A DNA stretch of 64,000 bases from Candidatus Latescibacterota bacterium (lineage in GTDB: Bacteria > Latescibacterota > UBA2968 > UBA8231). The stretch lies in contig CBDCXV010000001.1 in the NCBI GenBank assembly GCA_965223905.1, positions 256,001 through 320,000 on the forward strand, in the 5' to 3' direction. Position 1 is the first letter of the stretch; the number at the start of each line of letters is the position of its first letter. This document shows positions 52,891 to 63,600 of the stretch, piece by piece. The notes under the pieces are model-generated. The model did no database searches, had not been told where the DNA came from, and was given only the letters and a program-made list of their open reading frames with translations. A program made the translations under genes and the position numbers.

Positions 52891-55800
52891 TTGTTTTTTT
52901 ACAACGTTGTAGCGTTTGTACGACACCTGCCACTACCCGGAGGATTCGCCGGGTTGTGCCTTGTCGGAAGTTTCTTCGCAATGGCTTCCGCCATCGGTGG
53001 CGAGTCCCTTGAGGAGCGCTCCGACGACGAGTTCAAGCTGGCACGCAACCTGTTTCGCGACGCCGGGGACTACGGCACCGCTTCCCAGCTGTTCGCGGAG
53101 TTCATCCGCAACTATCCCCACCACCGCAACCTTCCTGAGGCCCGGCTGCTTCTGGCGCGCGCGTACGCGCGCAGCGGCCGTTGCGAGCAAGCCGTGCCGG
53201 CCTACGAGCAGTACCTCACGGAGCATCCCGAGCATCTCGGTACGGCAAAAGCGAGGCGTGAGCGCGCTGTCTGTTGGGAGCAACTCGGGGAGTTCGCGCG
53301 GGCAGCCGAGGCGCACGAAGAGATCCAGCGGCTATTCCCCGCCGGGGAATTCGCAGCGCCCGCCCTGCTCGATGCTGCTGCAAACTACACCAAGGCACAG
53401 AACCTGCCGGGGGCGGTTGCCGCATACGATCGTCTTATCGAGGAGTACGCCGGCCACCGACTGGCCTCCAGGGCGCGCTTCAACATGGCCCGCATCGCCT
53501 TTGCCTCGGGCCAAGCCGACCGGGCGCAGCGGCTGCTCGATCAAATCACCGGCTCGGGCCGGGACGCGGAAGCCGCAAAGGACGCCTATCTGCTGACGGG
53601 CCGCATCCAGCTCTTTCTCGGCAAACCTGCCTTGGCCGAGCAGGCCTACGAGGCGCTGCGCAAGCGATACCCCCGCTCCGACCATGGGGACAGCTCCTGG
53701 TTCGACCTCGGGGATTTCGCCATTGGAAAAGGGCAGTTCGACCGTGCGGCCGAAATTTTCGACCAGGCGCGCAAGCAGGTATCCGATCCCGGATTGCGCC
53801 GGCGGGCGGAGCTTGGAGCCGCCGAGTCACTGCGTCTCAGGGGCCGTTACAGGGCCGCCCTGAAACGCTATCGTCCGCTTGCAGAGGATTCCGAAGCGGG
53901 GGACCTGGTACGGGCTTCGGCTCAGCTCGGGGTCGCCGTATGCTATGGCCACACAGACCGCTTCGCCGAAGGGATCGCTTTGTTCCTGGGAATCATTCAA
54001 CAACCTGCAACCCCCGAAACCGCCGCTTTTCGGGCCGAGGCCATGAAAGAGCTGGCCGCGCTATACCGGCGGCGCGGCCAGCTTACCCGCTCCGCTACCT
54101 GGTTCAGGAATTTTCTGAGCAATGCAGAGGACCAGGACGGCGGAGCACATGCGCAGGTGCGCCTGAACCTTGCCCAGGTTCTCGATGCGGCAGGGTACAG
54201 CAACGACGCGATTGCCCAGTTCCAGCAGCTTCTGCACGCAGATGCAGCTCTTGCGGCACAAGCGCAACTGGGTATGGCACGCGCCTACAAGCACGGCGGC
54301 CTCCCCGCCTTTGCGTTGCGGGAGTACCTGACTTTTCTGGAGCGCTATCCCGCGCACGCCCTGGCCGCAGAGGCGCGTCGGCGAGTCGTGTATCTCCGCG
54401 AGTTCACCATTATCGACAGATCCGGCCTGGATCGCGCATTGCGACAGGCCTGGCTGGAGGAACTCGGCGGCGCTCCAAGACAGGCGGTGCGGTTTCACGT
54501 GGCCAATTCCCTCAGAGAATACCACGATTACCCCAATGCTGTTCGCCAGCTGGAGACATACGTTGCCGACTACGCCGGCCAAGAATCGACCGCGGAAGCC
54601 CATTTTTTCCTTGCGGACTGTCTGCAGCGGCTGGCGCGCCAACGCCATCTCGAGGGGCTTGATGACGACGCAGACTCACTGCGGCAGGCTGCCCTGCAGG
54701 AGTTTCGCACGCTCGCCGCTGGCGGGGACGAGCGCTGGGAGCGTCTGGCTCGGTTCCGCCTCCTTGACGCCGATCTGGAGGAAGCCGGAGCAGTCGAACG
54801 CGCCCGTCTGCTCGAAGAGCGGCTGGTCTCGTTCCGGCAGAGAGAGAGTGTCGACCCGGAATTGCTGGCCGCGGCCGAACTGAAACTGGCCGACGCCCTC
54901 AGGGCGCCGGCGACGGAAAGCGACCACTGGCGGGCTGCGCTTGTCGCCTACCAGCGAGCCTTCGCGCCAGGAGGAGAGCAGACACCGAGGGCGCGCTTCG
55001 GGGCAGCTGTATGCCGGGCCCGGTTGGGAGAAACCGCGGTTGCCGTCGATTCACTCGAAGCCCTCCTCGGAGACCTTTCCGGCAGCTCCCTCATCCCTGA
55101 GGTCCTGTTCGAACTCGGCCGGACATTGATGACCGAATCGAGAATCGTTGAGGGAGTGGCCCGTTTCGAAGAGCTGCTGCTGGCCTTCCCGGCATTCCCC
55201 GAGCGCCGTGAGGTGCAGATGGCCCTGGCTTCCGCACACTTCGAACTCGGCAGCTATCCGGCGGCCATCTCGGTTCTGCGGCAGCTGCAGGAATCAGATC
55301 CCCAAGGCGAGGTCGGCGCCGACATCCGGCGACAACTGGCTCGCGCCTACGAACGCAACGGCGACGACCGAGCTGCCCTGGAGCTGTACGAACGGCTGTT
55401 GTCGGCTCATCCATCGGCGGCCTACGCCGACAGCATGAGGCTGGCCCAGGCCCGGCTGCTGCGGGGACTGGATCGCCTGGAGGAAGCGATCGCCCTGTTC
55501 GACGAGCTTCGCCGCAGCGCCAATGCAGCAGTGGCTTCCGCAGCTTCACGCGCCGCGGGAGATCTCCATTTCGGGAGCGGGAGTTTCGACCGCGCCTTTG
55601 CCGCCTACAAGGCCGGTCAGGAAATTGCCGTCGATGGCTTGCGAGCGGTCTGCCTGTACAAACTGGGCCGCGTCGACGCCGCCAGGAAGATCGCCGATTC
55701 CGTTCTCGACCAGGTTGCCAAAGGAGACGCATGGTACTGGATCCTCACGCTGGAATCGGGGCGGTATTACCTGCGCAGTCACAATTTCGGCAAGGCGCTG

Positions 55801-56646
55801 AAGATCTTTCGTGGTGCCGAAAAGCAGGCCGCAAAAACCAGCGCCGTCAGTCCGGGATTCGAGATTCTCGACGAAGAGCTGGTCCGAATTTCAGCGGACC
55901 CGGCAGCGGCTGCCAGCTATTTCGTCGCCACCGCGCTATGGGAGCAGAACCTTCGGGAACCGACCGAAGAGCGAGCCGCGCGCGCCTTGGAAGCGCAAGT
56001 CCAGTTCACTCGCAAGCACGGGGAATCGGCGTTCGGCGCCAGCGTCCACCTGCGCCTCGGTCACTACTACCGGGGAGTGCTCAAACAGTTGCTGCCTGCA
56101 GCCGGGGCCTTCCGCCGTGTCGTCGACGGCGCCGGTTCCGACGAAGAAAAGCAGGAAGCGTTCTGGTCGCTTCTGCTGTGTTACCGGGACTTGTTTGAAT
56201 GGGACGAAGCCCATCGCATCGCCAGACGCCTGTTGGAGCAGTATCCCGACCACCCGCGCGCGAATGCCGTGCACCTGGAAATCGGCTACATTCTCAAGGA
56301 GAGGGGACAGTACAGCGAGGCGATCGACTATCTGGAAGGTGTTCTCGAGTGGGCTCAGGGGGATGTCGCAGCCCAGGCCCGTTACTACATAGGCGAATCC
56401 TTCCAGAGGATGGGCCGTTATCGCGAAGCGATCGAACGCTACTACCGCGTCTCCTTTCACGGATCCGGCGTTTTCGCGGGCTGGATCAACTCCGCCGATT
56501 TCAAACGCGCACAGTGCCACGAAGAACTGGGCGAATTCGCGCAGGCGAACAGTATCTACGACCGCATCATCCGGCGCGAAGGCAGCGACAGTGAATACGG
56601 AAAGATTGCCCGGAAGGGACTCGAGCGCACGAGCAAGGTTCGCTGA
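52891..56646 (+). CDS. Large exported tetratricopeptide-repeat protein
   Basis: 1251 aa, many TPR-like units (..YP......A.F.LG); N-terminal hydrophobic segment; start uncertain. Confidence 0.85.
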   Translation: MFFYNVVAFVRHLPLPGGFAGLCLVGSFFAMASAIGGESLEERSDDEFKLARNLFRDAGDYGTASQLFAEFIRNYPHHRNLPEARLLLARAYARSGRCEQAVPAYEQYLTEHPEHLGTAKARRERAVCWEQLGEFARAAEAHEEIQRLFPAGEFAAPALLDAAANYTKAQNLPGAVAAYDRLIEEYAGHRLASRARFNMARIAFASGQADRAQRLLDQITGSGRDAEAAKDAYLLTGRIQLFLGKPALAEQAYEALRKRYPRSDHGDSSWFDLGDFAIGKGQFDRAAEIFDQARKQVSDPGLRRRAELGAAESLRLRGRYRAALKRYRPLAEDSEAGDLVRASAQLGVAVCYGHTDRFAEGIALFLGIIQQPATPETAAFRAEAMKELAALYRRRGQLTRSATWFRNFLSNAEDQDGGAHAQVRLNLAQVLDAAGYSNDAIAQFQQLLHADAALAAQAQLGMARAYKHGGLPAFALREYLTFLERYPAHALAAEARRRVVYLREFTIIDRSGLDRALRQAWLEELGGAPRQAVRFHVANSLREYHDYPNAVRQLETYVADYAGQESTAEAHFFLADCLQRLARQRHLEGLDDDADSLRQAALQEFRTLAAGGDERWERLARFRLLDADLEEAGAVERARLLEERLVSFRQRESVDPELLAAAELKLADALRAPATESDHWRAALVAYQRAFAPGGEQTPRARFGAAVCRARLGETAVAVDSLEALLGDLSGSSLIPEVLFELGRTLMTESRIVEGVARFEELLLAFPAFPERREVQMALASAHFELGSYPAAISVLRQLQESDPQGEVGADIRRQLARAYERNGDDRAALELYERLLSAHPSAAYADSMRLAQARLLRGLDRLEEAIALFDELRRSANAAVASAASRAAGDLHFGSGSFDRAFAAYKAGQEIAVDGLRAVCLYKLGRVDAARKIADSVLDQVAKGDAWYWILTLESGRYYLRSHNFGKALKIFRGAEKQAAKTSAVSPGFEILDEELVRISADPAAAASYFVATALWEQNLREPTEERAARALEAQVQFTRKHGESAFGASVHLRLGHYYRGVLKQLLPAAGAFRRVVDGAGSDEEKQEAFWSLLLCYRDLFEWDEAHRIARRLLEQYPDHPRANAVHLEIGYILKERGQYSEAIDYLEGVLEWAQGDVAAQARYYIGESFQRMGRYREAIERYYRVSFHGSGVFAGWINSADFKRAQCHEELGEFAQANSIYDRIIRREGSDSEYGKIARKGLERTSKVR

Positions 56647-56815
56647 GAGGTTCCTGCATTCTACTTAATTGCCGACAGGCGAATCCAGAATCCATCCTGG
56701 CATGCACCGCCAATGCCCGAGGTCGCTGTGCAGGCAGACGCGGTGCGCTTCCCCGTAGGTCCTCCTTTGCGAAGAGATTTCCGCGAGCAGGTTCGCAGCC
56801 GGCGGCAGATTGATC

Positions 56816-58339
56816 ATGGCGGGAAAGAGCGAACGCATACTCCTTTTCACGCAGGACCCGCGGATGCGCGACGAAACGAGCACGGCACTCGACGCCCTGC
56901 AGGTGGTCGAGGTGCGCGAGGCCTCGGTATTGAGGAGGCTGCTCGATCGGGGCACCGATCTCGTGATCGTCGACCTCAACCTTCCCAGCCGGGCGCTCGC
57001 CGCGGCCGCGGCGTTGCTGAGCGACCGGCGCGAACTTCCCACCCTGATTCTGGCGACCGGATCCGCGGCCCAGTGGCACCGGATATCTCGGGGAAACCCG
57101 CTTGAAGAGGTCGTTCAGGCGCCGGTCTCACCCGAAGACCTTCGCGGCCGCGTGAAGGGCCTGCTGGAAAAAAGTCGCTTCCTGCACGATCGCCTCGTCG
57201 GTCGGTCGGAAGCGATCCGCGAGTTGCGCGATCGCATCCTGTTGATTGCCCCGACTCAGGTCACCGTTCTGGTGAGCGGCGAAAGCGGTGTCGGAAAGGA
57301 TGTAGTCGCCCAGGCCCTGCATCATTACAGCCCGCGCAGCAAACGCCCGTTCAAGGTGCTGAACTGCGGCGCCATTCCAGAGAACCTGTTGGAAAACGAG
57401 CTCTTCGGTCACGAAAAGGGAGCCTTCACCGATGCACGCACCCAGTACCGGGGCGTTTTTGAGCAGGCCGACAGCGGCACGGTTTTCCTCGACGAAACCG
57501 GCGAAATGGCATTGTCCGCCCAGGTGCGGCTGCTGCGCGTGCTCGAGGAACGGGAAATCACCCGTATTGGCGGCGATGCGGCCATCCCGGTCGACGTGCG
57601 CGTCATCGCTGCAAGCAACAAAGACCTGTCCCAGGCCGTGACCGTTGGAGAGTTCCGGCGCGATCTGTACCATCGGCTCAAAGTAGTCGAGCTGCACATT
57701 CCGCCGTTGCGCCAGCGCCGGGAGGACATTGCCCCTTTGATCGACCACTTCGTCCGCACTCACGGCCGAGATGCTCCTACACCTTTCGGCGGTTTTTCCG
57801 ACGCTGCCATCGAGCTGCTTACGGAATACGACTGGCCAGGGAATATTCGGGAGGTACGAAACCTCGTCGAGCGGCTGCTGTTTCTCGGACCTTCGGGTCA
57901 GGTGGAACCTGAAGACCTGCTTCCCCACTTGGAAACCCCTCCCTCCGGGATGCGGCAGCTGCCGGTGGCGACCAACAAAACTCCAGATCAGTCCGAGCGG
58001 GAATTGATTTACTTCGCTCTGCTCGACCTCAAACGCGAAGTGTCTGAGCTTCGACAGTTGGTCGACGAACGCCTGGGTACCCGGGCGCCACTTCCTCCGC
58101 GACCGATCTACCAGGTCGGTAAAGAAATCGAGGAAGAGACCGGGATGTACGGTCCCGAACTCGAGACCGCAGAGATCGGGTCGCTCCGGAACGGGGTGCG
58201 CCCGCTCAAGGAGCTGGAACGCGATGCGATCGAGCAAGCCCTCAAAAGGGTAAACGGCAATCGCAGGCAGGCCGCGGAAATGCTCGGAATCGGGTTGCGT
58301 ACCCTCTACCGAAAGCTCGTTGACTACCGGTTGAAATGA
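56816..58339 (+). CDS. Sigma54-dependent activator (bEBP) with degenerate receiver domain and Fis HTH
   Basis: GESGVGKD, ELFGHEKGAFTDA, FLDE, FRRDLYHRL, WPGNIRE, LGIGLRTLYRKL. Confidence 0.93.
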   Translation: MAGKSERILLFTQDPRMRDETSTALDALQVVEVREASVLRRLLDRGTDLVIVDLNLPSRALAAAAALLSDRRELPTLILATGSAAQWHRISRGNPLEEVVQAPVSPEDLRGRVKGLLEKSRFLHDRLVGRSEAIRELRDRILLIAPTQVTVLVSGESGVGKDVVAQALHHYSPRSKRPFKVLNCGAIPENLLENELFGHEKGAFTDARTQYRGVFEQADSGTVFLDETGEMALSAQVRLLRVLEEREITRIGGDAAIPVDVRVIAASNKDLSQAVTVGEFRRDLYHRLKVVELHIPPLRQRREDIAPLIDHFVRTHGRDAPTPFGGFSDAAIELLTEYDWPGNIREVRNLVERLLFLGPSGQVEPEDLLPHLETPPSGMRQLPVATNKTPDQSERELIYFALLDLKREVSELRQLVDERLGTRAPLPPRPIYQVGKEIEEETGMYGPELETAEIGSLRNGVRPLKELERDAIEQALKRVNGNRRQAAEMLGIGLRTLYRKLVDYRLK

Positions 58340-59769
58340 TCGCCCGCGCGCGCGCCTGCATCACGACCCTGGTGTTGTCGCTTGCCTCAGCCCCGGCCTC
58401 GGGACAAGACGACTCGGGAGTAGCTGCCAGGGCTCAACTCGAGAACCTGGGGGAGGCGTTTCGCACTGTTTATGAACGGGCATCGCCCGCTGTCGTGCTG
58501 ATCCGGACAACTCCCAGCACGGTGGCGATTCGCCGCCTGCTGCCCCCGTTCCACCCCGAAATCGAAAGAGATGATTTCAACTGGTTGGGCTCGGGTACGC
58601 TGGTCAGTTCAGACGGGTACGTTCTCAGCAACCACCACGTAATCAACCGCGCAGATTCGATCAGTGTCGTTCTGTCCGACCGGCGCGCCTTCCCTGCCAC
58701 CGTGGTCGGATCTGACTCCCTGATCGACATCGCTGTTTTGAAGATCGAGGCCGAAGGGCTACCGATGGTCCCTTTCGGTCGCTCGGACGACCTCCGCATT
58801 GGCGACTGGGTTTTGGCCATCGGCCATCCTCTGGGGCTCGGTTCGACCCTTACACACGGAATCGTATCCGCCCTGGGACGACGGGCCGAAGTCATTCGGG
58901 CGAACTACGCGATCGAGAGCTTCATCCAGACCAATGCCGTCATCAATCCCGGCAATTCCGGCGGACCTCTGCTCAACCTGGACGGCGAAGTCGTCGGCAT
59001 CAACACCGCAATCTCGACCCGCACCGGCTATTACATAGGATATGGGCTTGCGGTTCCCATCGACCTGGTACAGGAAGCCATGCGCGATATCCTCGAACAC
59101 GGCCGCACGGTGCACGGCTATATCGGCATCTCGATGCTGGATGTCGACCAGTCCCTGGTCGAGCACGCCGGTTTGCAGAGTACCGTTCCGCGTGGAGTCT
59201 TCATCAACAGCGTCGATCAGGACTCCCCCGCCGCGGCTGCCGGGTTGCTGCACGGCGATGTGGTGCTCGCGCTCGATGAACGCGAGGTAAACGTCAGCAA
59301 CGAAGTCCAGACCCTGATTTACGTCCGCGATCCCGGCGACCGCGTTTCTCTGACCATCGTGCGGGATGGGGATACCTTGTCCATCCCCGTGATTCTAGGG
59401 GAGCCTGAACGGGACCGCCTGCTTGCGGAAGGGAGGCGGCGACTGTCGCAGCTCGGCCTTGAGGTCGGACCGCTGTCCCCCGAGCGTGCAGAGCAACTCG
59501 GATTCACAAGCGAGGTTGCCGGTGAGATAGGGTTCCACAATGGCGACGAGGCTGTCGCGGTGCTCGAGATCGACGCCGACGGGCCAGCGGCCTCGAAGGG
59601 GATTCGGCAATTCGACATCATCACTGAAATCGACAGAGAACGGGTCGTCTCCGCCGAAAACCTGCTGGAAGTGATCTCGGTGCTGGAAGCGGAGAAATCG
59701 GCCCTGTTCTGGATCTGGCGGGCAGGACGAGGCATCGCCGTCCGCGCCTTGAAAATCCAGGGCAATTGA
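58336..59769 (+). CDS. DegP/HtrA serine protease with two PDZ domains
   Basis: GSG, SNHHV, DIAVLKI, INPGNSGGPL; signal peptide. Confidence 0.94.
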   Translation: MIARARACITTLVLSLASAPASGQDDSGVAARAQLENLGEAFRTVYERASPAVVLIRTTPSTVAIRRLLPPFHPEIERDDFNWLGSGTLVSSDGYVLSNHHVINRADSISVVLSDRRAFPATVVGSDSLIDIAVLKIEAEGLPMVPFGRSDDLRIGDWVLAIGHPLGLGSTLTHGIVSALGRRAEVIRANYAIESFIQTNAVINPGNSGGPLLNLDGEVVGINTAISTRTGYYIGYGLAVPIDLVQEAMRDILEHGRTVHGYIGISMLDVDQSLVEHAGLQSTVPRGVFINSVDQDSPAAAAGLLHGDVVLALDEREVNVSNEVQTLIYVRDPGDRVSLTIVRDGDTLSIPVILGEPERDRLLAEGRRRLSQLGLEVGPLSPERAEQLGFTSEVAGEIGFHNGDEAVAVLEIDADGPAASKGIRQFDIITEIDRERVVSAENLLEVISVLEAEKSALFWIWRAGRGIAVRALKIQGN

Positions 59770-60917
59770 TGAACGATTACAAAGGCGCCGACGGATTGCT
59801 GCTGATCGGGGCATCGGAACAAAACGCCGATCTGCACTACGCCAGCGGCTTCCTCGCCCCCGATCCTTTCACCTTTGTACAGTCGGCTAAGGCAAGCACG
59901 ATGCTGGTCAGCGAACTCGAGATCGACCGCGCCAAGGGGCAGGCCGCCGCCGGCCAGGTACTTTCCATTTCGCCTTTCCAGCACCGAGCCGCACAGCAAT
60001 CCCCTCCCCTGCCCGGGGCCCATCTGTACTACGGGGCCGTGGCGCTGGCGCTGGCCCAGATCGGCCTGAAACGGCTGCTCGTTCCCGCGGATTTTCCGGT
60101 TTCGGCCGCAGATTTTCTTCGCGCGGGCGGGTTTGAGCTTCAGGTCGCCGAGCCCCCGCTCTTTCCGCAAAGAGCCGTCAAGAGTCCTTCCGAACTGGAA
60201 GCGATTCAGTCCGCCCTGATGGCTGCCGAGGCCGGAATGGATGCCGCCATCGCAGCGCTCCAAGCCTCCTCAGTGGATGATGACGGTCTTCTGCGGTTGG
60301 AGGGTGAAACCCTTACTTCGGAAAGAATCCGCTACCTGATTCACCACCGGCTTCTCGAGCTGAACTGCGTCGCCGAGCACACCATTGTCGCCTGCGGGAC
60401 GGCCAACTGCGACCCTCACGAGGAGGGAAGCGGTCCGCTGCGCGCGCATCAGCCCATCGTGATCGACATCTTTCCGCGGTCGGCGGCGACGCGCTATTAC
60501 GGCGACATCACCCGCACGGTCGTCAAGGGACGTGCGAGTGATGCTCTGAAGCGGATGTACGAAACGGTTATACGCGCCCAGGAGCAGGCGGTTGCCCAGG
60601 TGCGCAACGGAGCCGACGGCGTTGCAATCCATCGCGGAATCCTCGAGCTGTTCGAGGAGGCCGGGTTTGCGACAGGGGAGCGGGATGGCCGCATGCAGGG
60701 CTTCTTTCACGGTACCGGCCATGGCCTTGGGCTCGAAATTCACGAGGCGCCGAGCATTTCCTCGCGCGGTGGCCCACTCCAAACCGGCCATGTCGTCACA
60801 GTGGAACCAGGGCTATACTACGCCGGCGTCGGCGGGGTGCGAATCGAGGATGTGGTGGCAGTTGCGGACGACGGCTGCAGGTTGCTTACCCGTTTTCCGA
60901 AGTTCCTCGAACTGTAG
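59769..60917 (+). CDS. Xaa-Pro peptidase (M24B)
   Basis: PH, IDIFP, YYGDITRT, HGTGHGLGLEIHE, VEPGLY, GVRIED. Confidence 0.93.
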   Translation: MNDYKGADGLLLIGASEQNADLHYASGFLAPDPFTFVQSAKASTMLVSELEIDRAKGQAAAGQVLSISPFQHRAAQQSPPLPGAHLYYGAVALALAQIGLKRLLVPADFPVSAADFLRAGGFELQVAEPPLFPQRAVKSPSELEAIQSALMAAEAGMDAAIAALQASSVDDDGLLRLEGETLTSERIRYLIHHRLLELNCVAEHTIVACGTANCDPHEEGSGPLRAHQPIVIDIFPRSAATRYYGDITRTVVKGRASDALKRMYETVIRAQEQAVAQVRNGADGVAIHRGILELFEEAGFATGERDGRMQGFFHGTGHGLGLEIHEAPSISSRGGPLQTGHVVTVEPGLYYAGVGGVRIEDVVAVADDGCRLLTRFPKFLEL

Positions 60918-61090
60918 CCTTCGCCCACGAACCCCAAAGGCCAGACTACCGGCGGCTGACGGCTGTTGTCGGAGAATCTGCCGGCAGGTGAGTGGCAGGG
61001 CGTTGATTTGCGAACCCGTACTCTATTGAGGAAGTTTTTTCAATTGGCTGAACGATCCGCAATCAGGCTGGCTTCCCCTTTTCCCTAAAA

Positions 61091-61540
61091 ATGCTGATGA
61101 AACGCTACAGGTTTGTAATCGGCTCCCTGGCCATCGCGGCTGGCCTCGTCTATCTGTTCTCTGCCGGGGTGCGCGAGTCGGCTGCCCATCACATGACCTT
61201 GTCGATGTTGGAGCACGCCGATGATGCGCAGCTCACCGGCCGCCGCATCCAACTCGGCGGCTGTACAGTGGTCAAAGGATCGATTGAATGGGACGAGTAC
61301 CGCCACCGGCCCGAATTTACCGTCGGCGATGGCGAGCGCACTCTGCAGGTCAGGTACTCGGGCAACTCCGTCCTCCCCGACACGTTTCAGGATGAGGCGC
61401 TGGTGGTAATGGAAGGCCGGTACCTGCCGCGGCAGCGCCTCTTCGATGCCGACTTCATCTTCGCCAAATGCCCTTCGAAATACGAAGGCCAGAGCTACGA
61501 GGGCCATGTCGAGGCAATGGGCGAAGCCCTCAAGCCTTAG
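61091..61540 (+). CDS. ccmE: Cytochrome c maturation heme chaperone CcmE (CxxxY variant)
   Basis: N-terminal TM, V.Y.G..LPDTF, AKCPSKY. Confidence 0.88.
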   Translation: MLMKRYRFVIGSLAIAAGLVYLFSAGVRESAAHHMTLSMLEHADDAQLTGRRIQLGGCTVVKGSIEWDEYRHRPEFTVGDGERTLQVRYSGNSVLPDTFQDEALVVMEGRYLPRQRLFDADFIFAKCPSKYEGQSYEGHVEAMGEALKP

Positions 61541-61575
61541 GTCCAACCCACCCCGACAACATTTGAGTCCCTGAT

Positions 61576-63594
61576 ATGGTCGACGTCGGCTACTTTGCCC
61601 TGTGCCTGGCGTTGGTCGCCGCCGGGTACGCCGTGTTTGCCTCGATTTTCGGCGCCCGCAGAGATCAGGAAAAGCTTGTTCGCAGCGGGGAAAACGCCGC
61701 TTTTGCAGTGTTCGCCCTGCTCGGAATCGCCGTAATGGGTTTGTGGTACGCCATCCTCACCGGCGATTTCTCCGTCCAGTACGTAGCCGAAAACGCGAAC
61801 CGGGCGATGCCGACCCCCTACGTGATCGCTTCGTTGTGGGGAGGACAGAACGGCTCGGTGATGTTCTGGGGATGGATGGTCTCCATCTACATGGCGGCGG
61901 TGCTGCTAGTCAATCGTTCCCGCTATCGAGACCTGATGCCCTATGTCACCGCGGTTCTGTCGGGGTACTGTTTTTTCTTCATCCTGCTGAATCTGTACGC
62001 CGCCGACCCTTTCAGGCGATTGCCCTTTACGCCGGCTGACGGCAACGGCCTCAACCCGATTCTACAGCATCCCTACATGGCGATCCATCCACCCATGCTG
62101 TACGCCGGCATGGTCGGCATGGCGGTTCCGTTCGCCTTTGCGCTCGCCGCGTTGATGTCCGGACACCTGGACAGCAACTGGCTGCGAGCCATGCGCCGGT
62201 GGCTGCTCATCCCCTGGACGTTTTTGGGCGCCGGGCTCCTTCTGGGAGGAAAATGGGCCTACGTCGAACTTGGTTGGGGTGGCTACTGGGCCTGGGACCC
62301 GGTAGAAAACGCATCCTTGATGCCGTGGCTCGCTGCCACCGCGTTGCTGCACTCGATCATGATCCAGGAACGCAAGGGGATGCTCAAAGTCTGGAACATC
62401 ATCCTCGTCTTCTTTACATACGGCATGACAGTGTTCGGAACCTTCATCACCCGCAGCGGTCTGATCGACTCCGTTCACTCGTTTGCCCAGTCGAGCATCG
62501 GGAGCTACTTCGTCGTCTACCTGGTATTGCTGGCCGTTGGACCTACCGCGCTGCTTCTGTACCGGTTGCCGGCCTTGCGCCGCGACAGCCGCCTCGAATC
62601 TTTCGCCTCCCGCGAAACGGCCTTTCTCCTGAACAACTGGATCCTGCTCGGGATGCTGTTTGCAGTCTTGTGGGGAACCTTGTTCCCCGTGCTCTCCGAG
62701 GCGGTCACCGGCGACAAGATCACCGTCGGCGCCCCCTTCTTCAATCGGATCAACGTGCCCATTGGACTGGTGCTGTTGTTTCTCACCGGTGCCGGCCCGC
62801 TGTTTGCCTGGCGGCGAACCTCCTTCGAAAGCCTGAAACGCAATTTCGCCGCCCCGTTTGCCGGGGCCGCTGCCACGGCTGTCTGTGTGATTTTTCTGGG
62901 AGTGCGCGACCTGTACGCGACAATCTCGCTGTCATTGTGCGGTTTTGTATCCTGCTCGGTCGCCCTCGAGTTCTACCGCGGCGTAGTGTCGCGACGCCGC
63001 AGCACAGGCGATTCCGCTGTCGTCGCGCTGCTGCGTCTGTTGAGCAAGAGCAGACGCCGCTACGGGGGATATTTGGTGCATGTCGCCATGGTATTGCTGT
63101 TCGTAGGCTTCACTGGCAAGGCTTTTTCCACCGAAAAGGAGTTCGTTCTCGGTTATGGCGAGGAACAACAGATCGGCCGCTACTCGGTGACCTTCGAGTC
63201 CCTGGCACACCATGAAGATCCCCACAAGGCGATAATGGCTGCGGCCCTTTCTCTTCGTCGCGACGGAGATTTCCTTGCGACTCTGTTGCCCGAACGTCGC
63301 TTCTACCACCGCTCCGAGCAGAACACCACGGAGGTCGCCATCTGGTCTTCGCGGCTGGAAGACTTCTACCTGATTCTGGTGGGAACAGCCAGCGACAACA
63401 GCGCCAAGTTCCAGGTGTACATAAACCCTCTCGTCAACTGCGTCTGGGCCGGTGGTATTCTGTTCCTGCTCGGCTCTCTGTGGACCATGTGGCCATCGGC
63501 GCGCGAGCGCCGCCTGGCCGAGCTCGATCGGGAATCGACGCGCGGTACGGGATCGGCCACTGTCTTCCCGGAACCTGCGGGCATCGGCGGCTGA
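61576..63594 (+). CDS. ccmF: Cytochrome c heme lyase CcmF
   Basis: WGGQNGS, GLNPILQ, HPP, WAYVELGWGGYWAWDPVEN, TRSG...SVHSF. Confidence 0.96.
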   Translation: MVDVGYFALCLALVAAGYAVFASIFGARRDQEKLVRSGENAAFAVFALLGIAVMGLWYAILTGDFSVQYVAENANRAMPTPYVIASLWGGQNGSVMFWGWMVSIYMAAVLLVNRSRYRDLMPYVTAVLSGYCFFFILLNLYAADPFRRLPFTPADGNGLNPILQHPYMAIHPPMLYAGMVGMAVPFAFALAALMSGHLDSNWLRAMRRWLLIPWTFLGAGLLLGGKWAYVELGWGGYWAWDPVENASLMPWLAATALLHSIMIQERKGMLKVWNIILVFFTYGMTVFGTFITRSGLIDSVHSFAQSSIGSYFVVYLVLLAVGPTALLLYRLPALRRDSRLESFASRETAFLLNNWILLGMLFAVLWGTLFPVLSEAVTGDKITVGAPFFNRINVPIGLVLLFLTGAGPLFAWRRTSFESLKRNFAAPFAGAAATAVCVIFLGVRDLYATISLSLCGFVSCSVALEFYRGVVSRRRSTGDSAVVALLRLLSKSRRRYGGYLVHVAMVLLFVGFTGKAFSTEKEFVLGYGEEQQIGRYSVTFESLAHHEDPHKAIMAAALSLRRDGDFLATLLPERRFYHRSEQNTTEVAIWSSRLEDFYLILVGTASDNSAKFQVYINPLVNCVWAGGILFLLGSLWTMWPSARERRLAELDRESTRGTGSATVFPEPAGIGG

Positions 63595-63600
63595 ATTCCC

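Noticed and set aside
60993-61011. Sigma54 promoter upstream of ccmE (TGGCAG...TTGC)
   Set aside because: The spacing between GG and GC does not fit -24/-12
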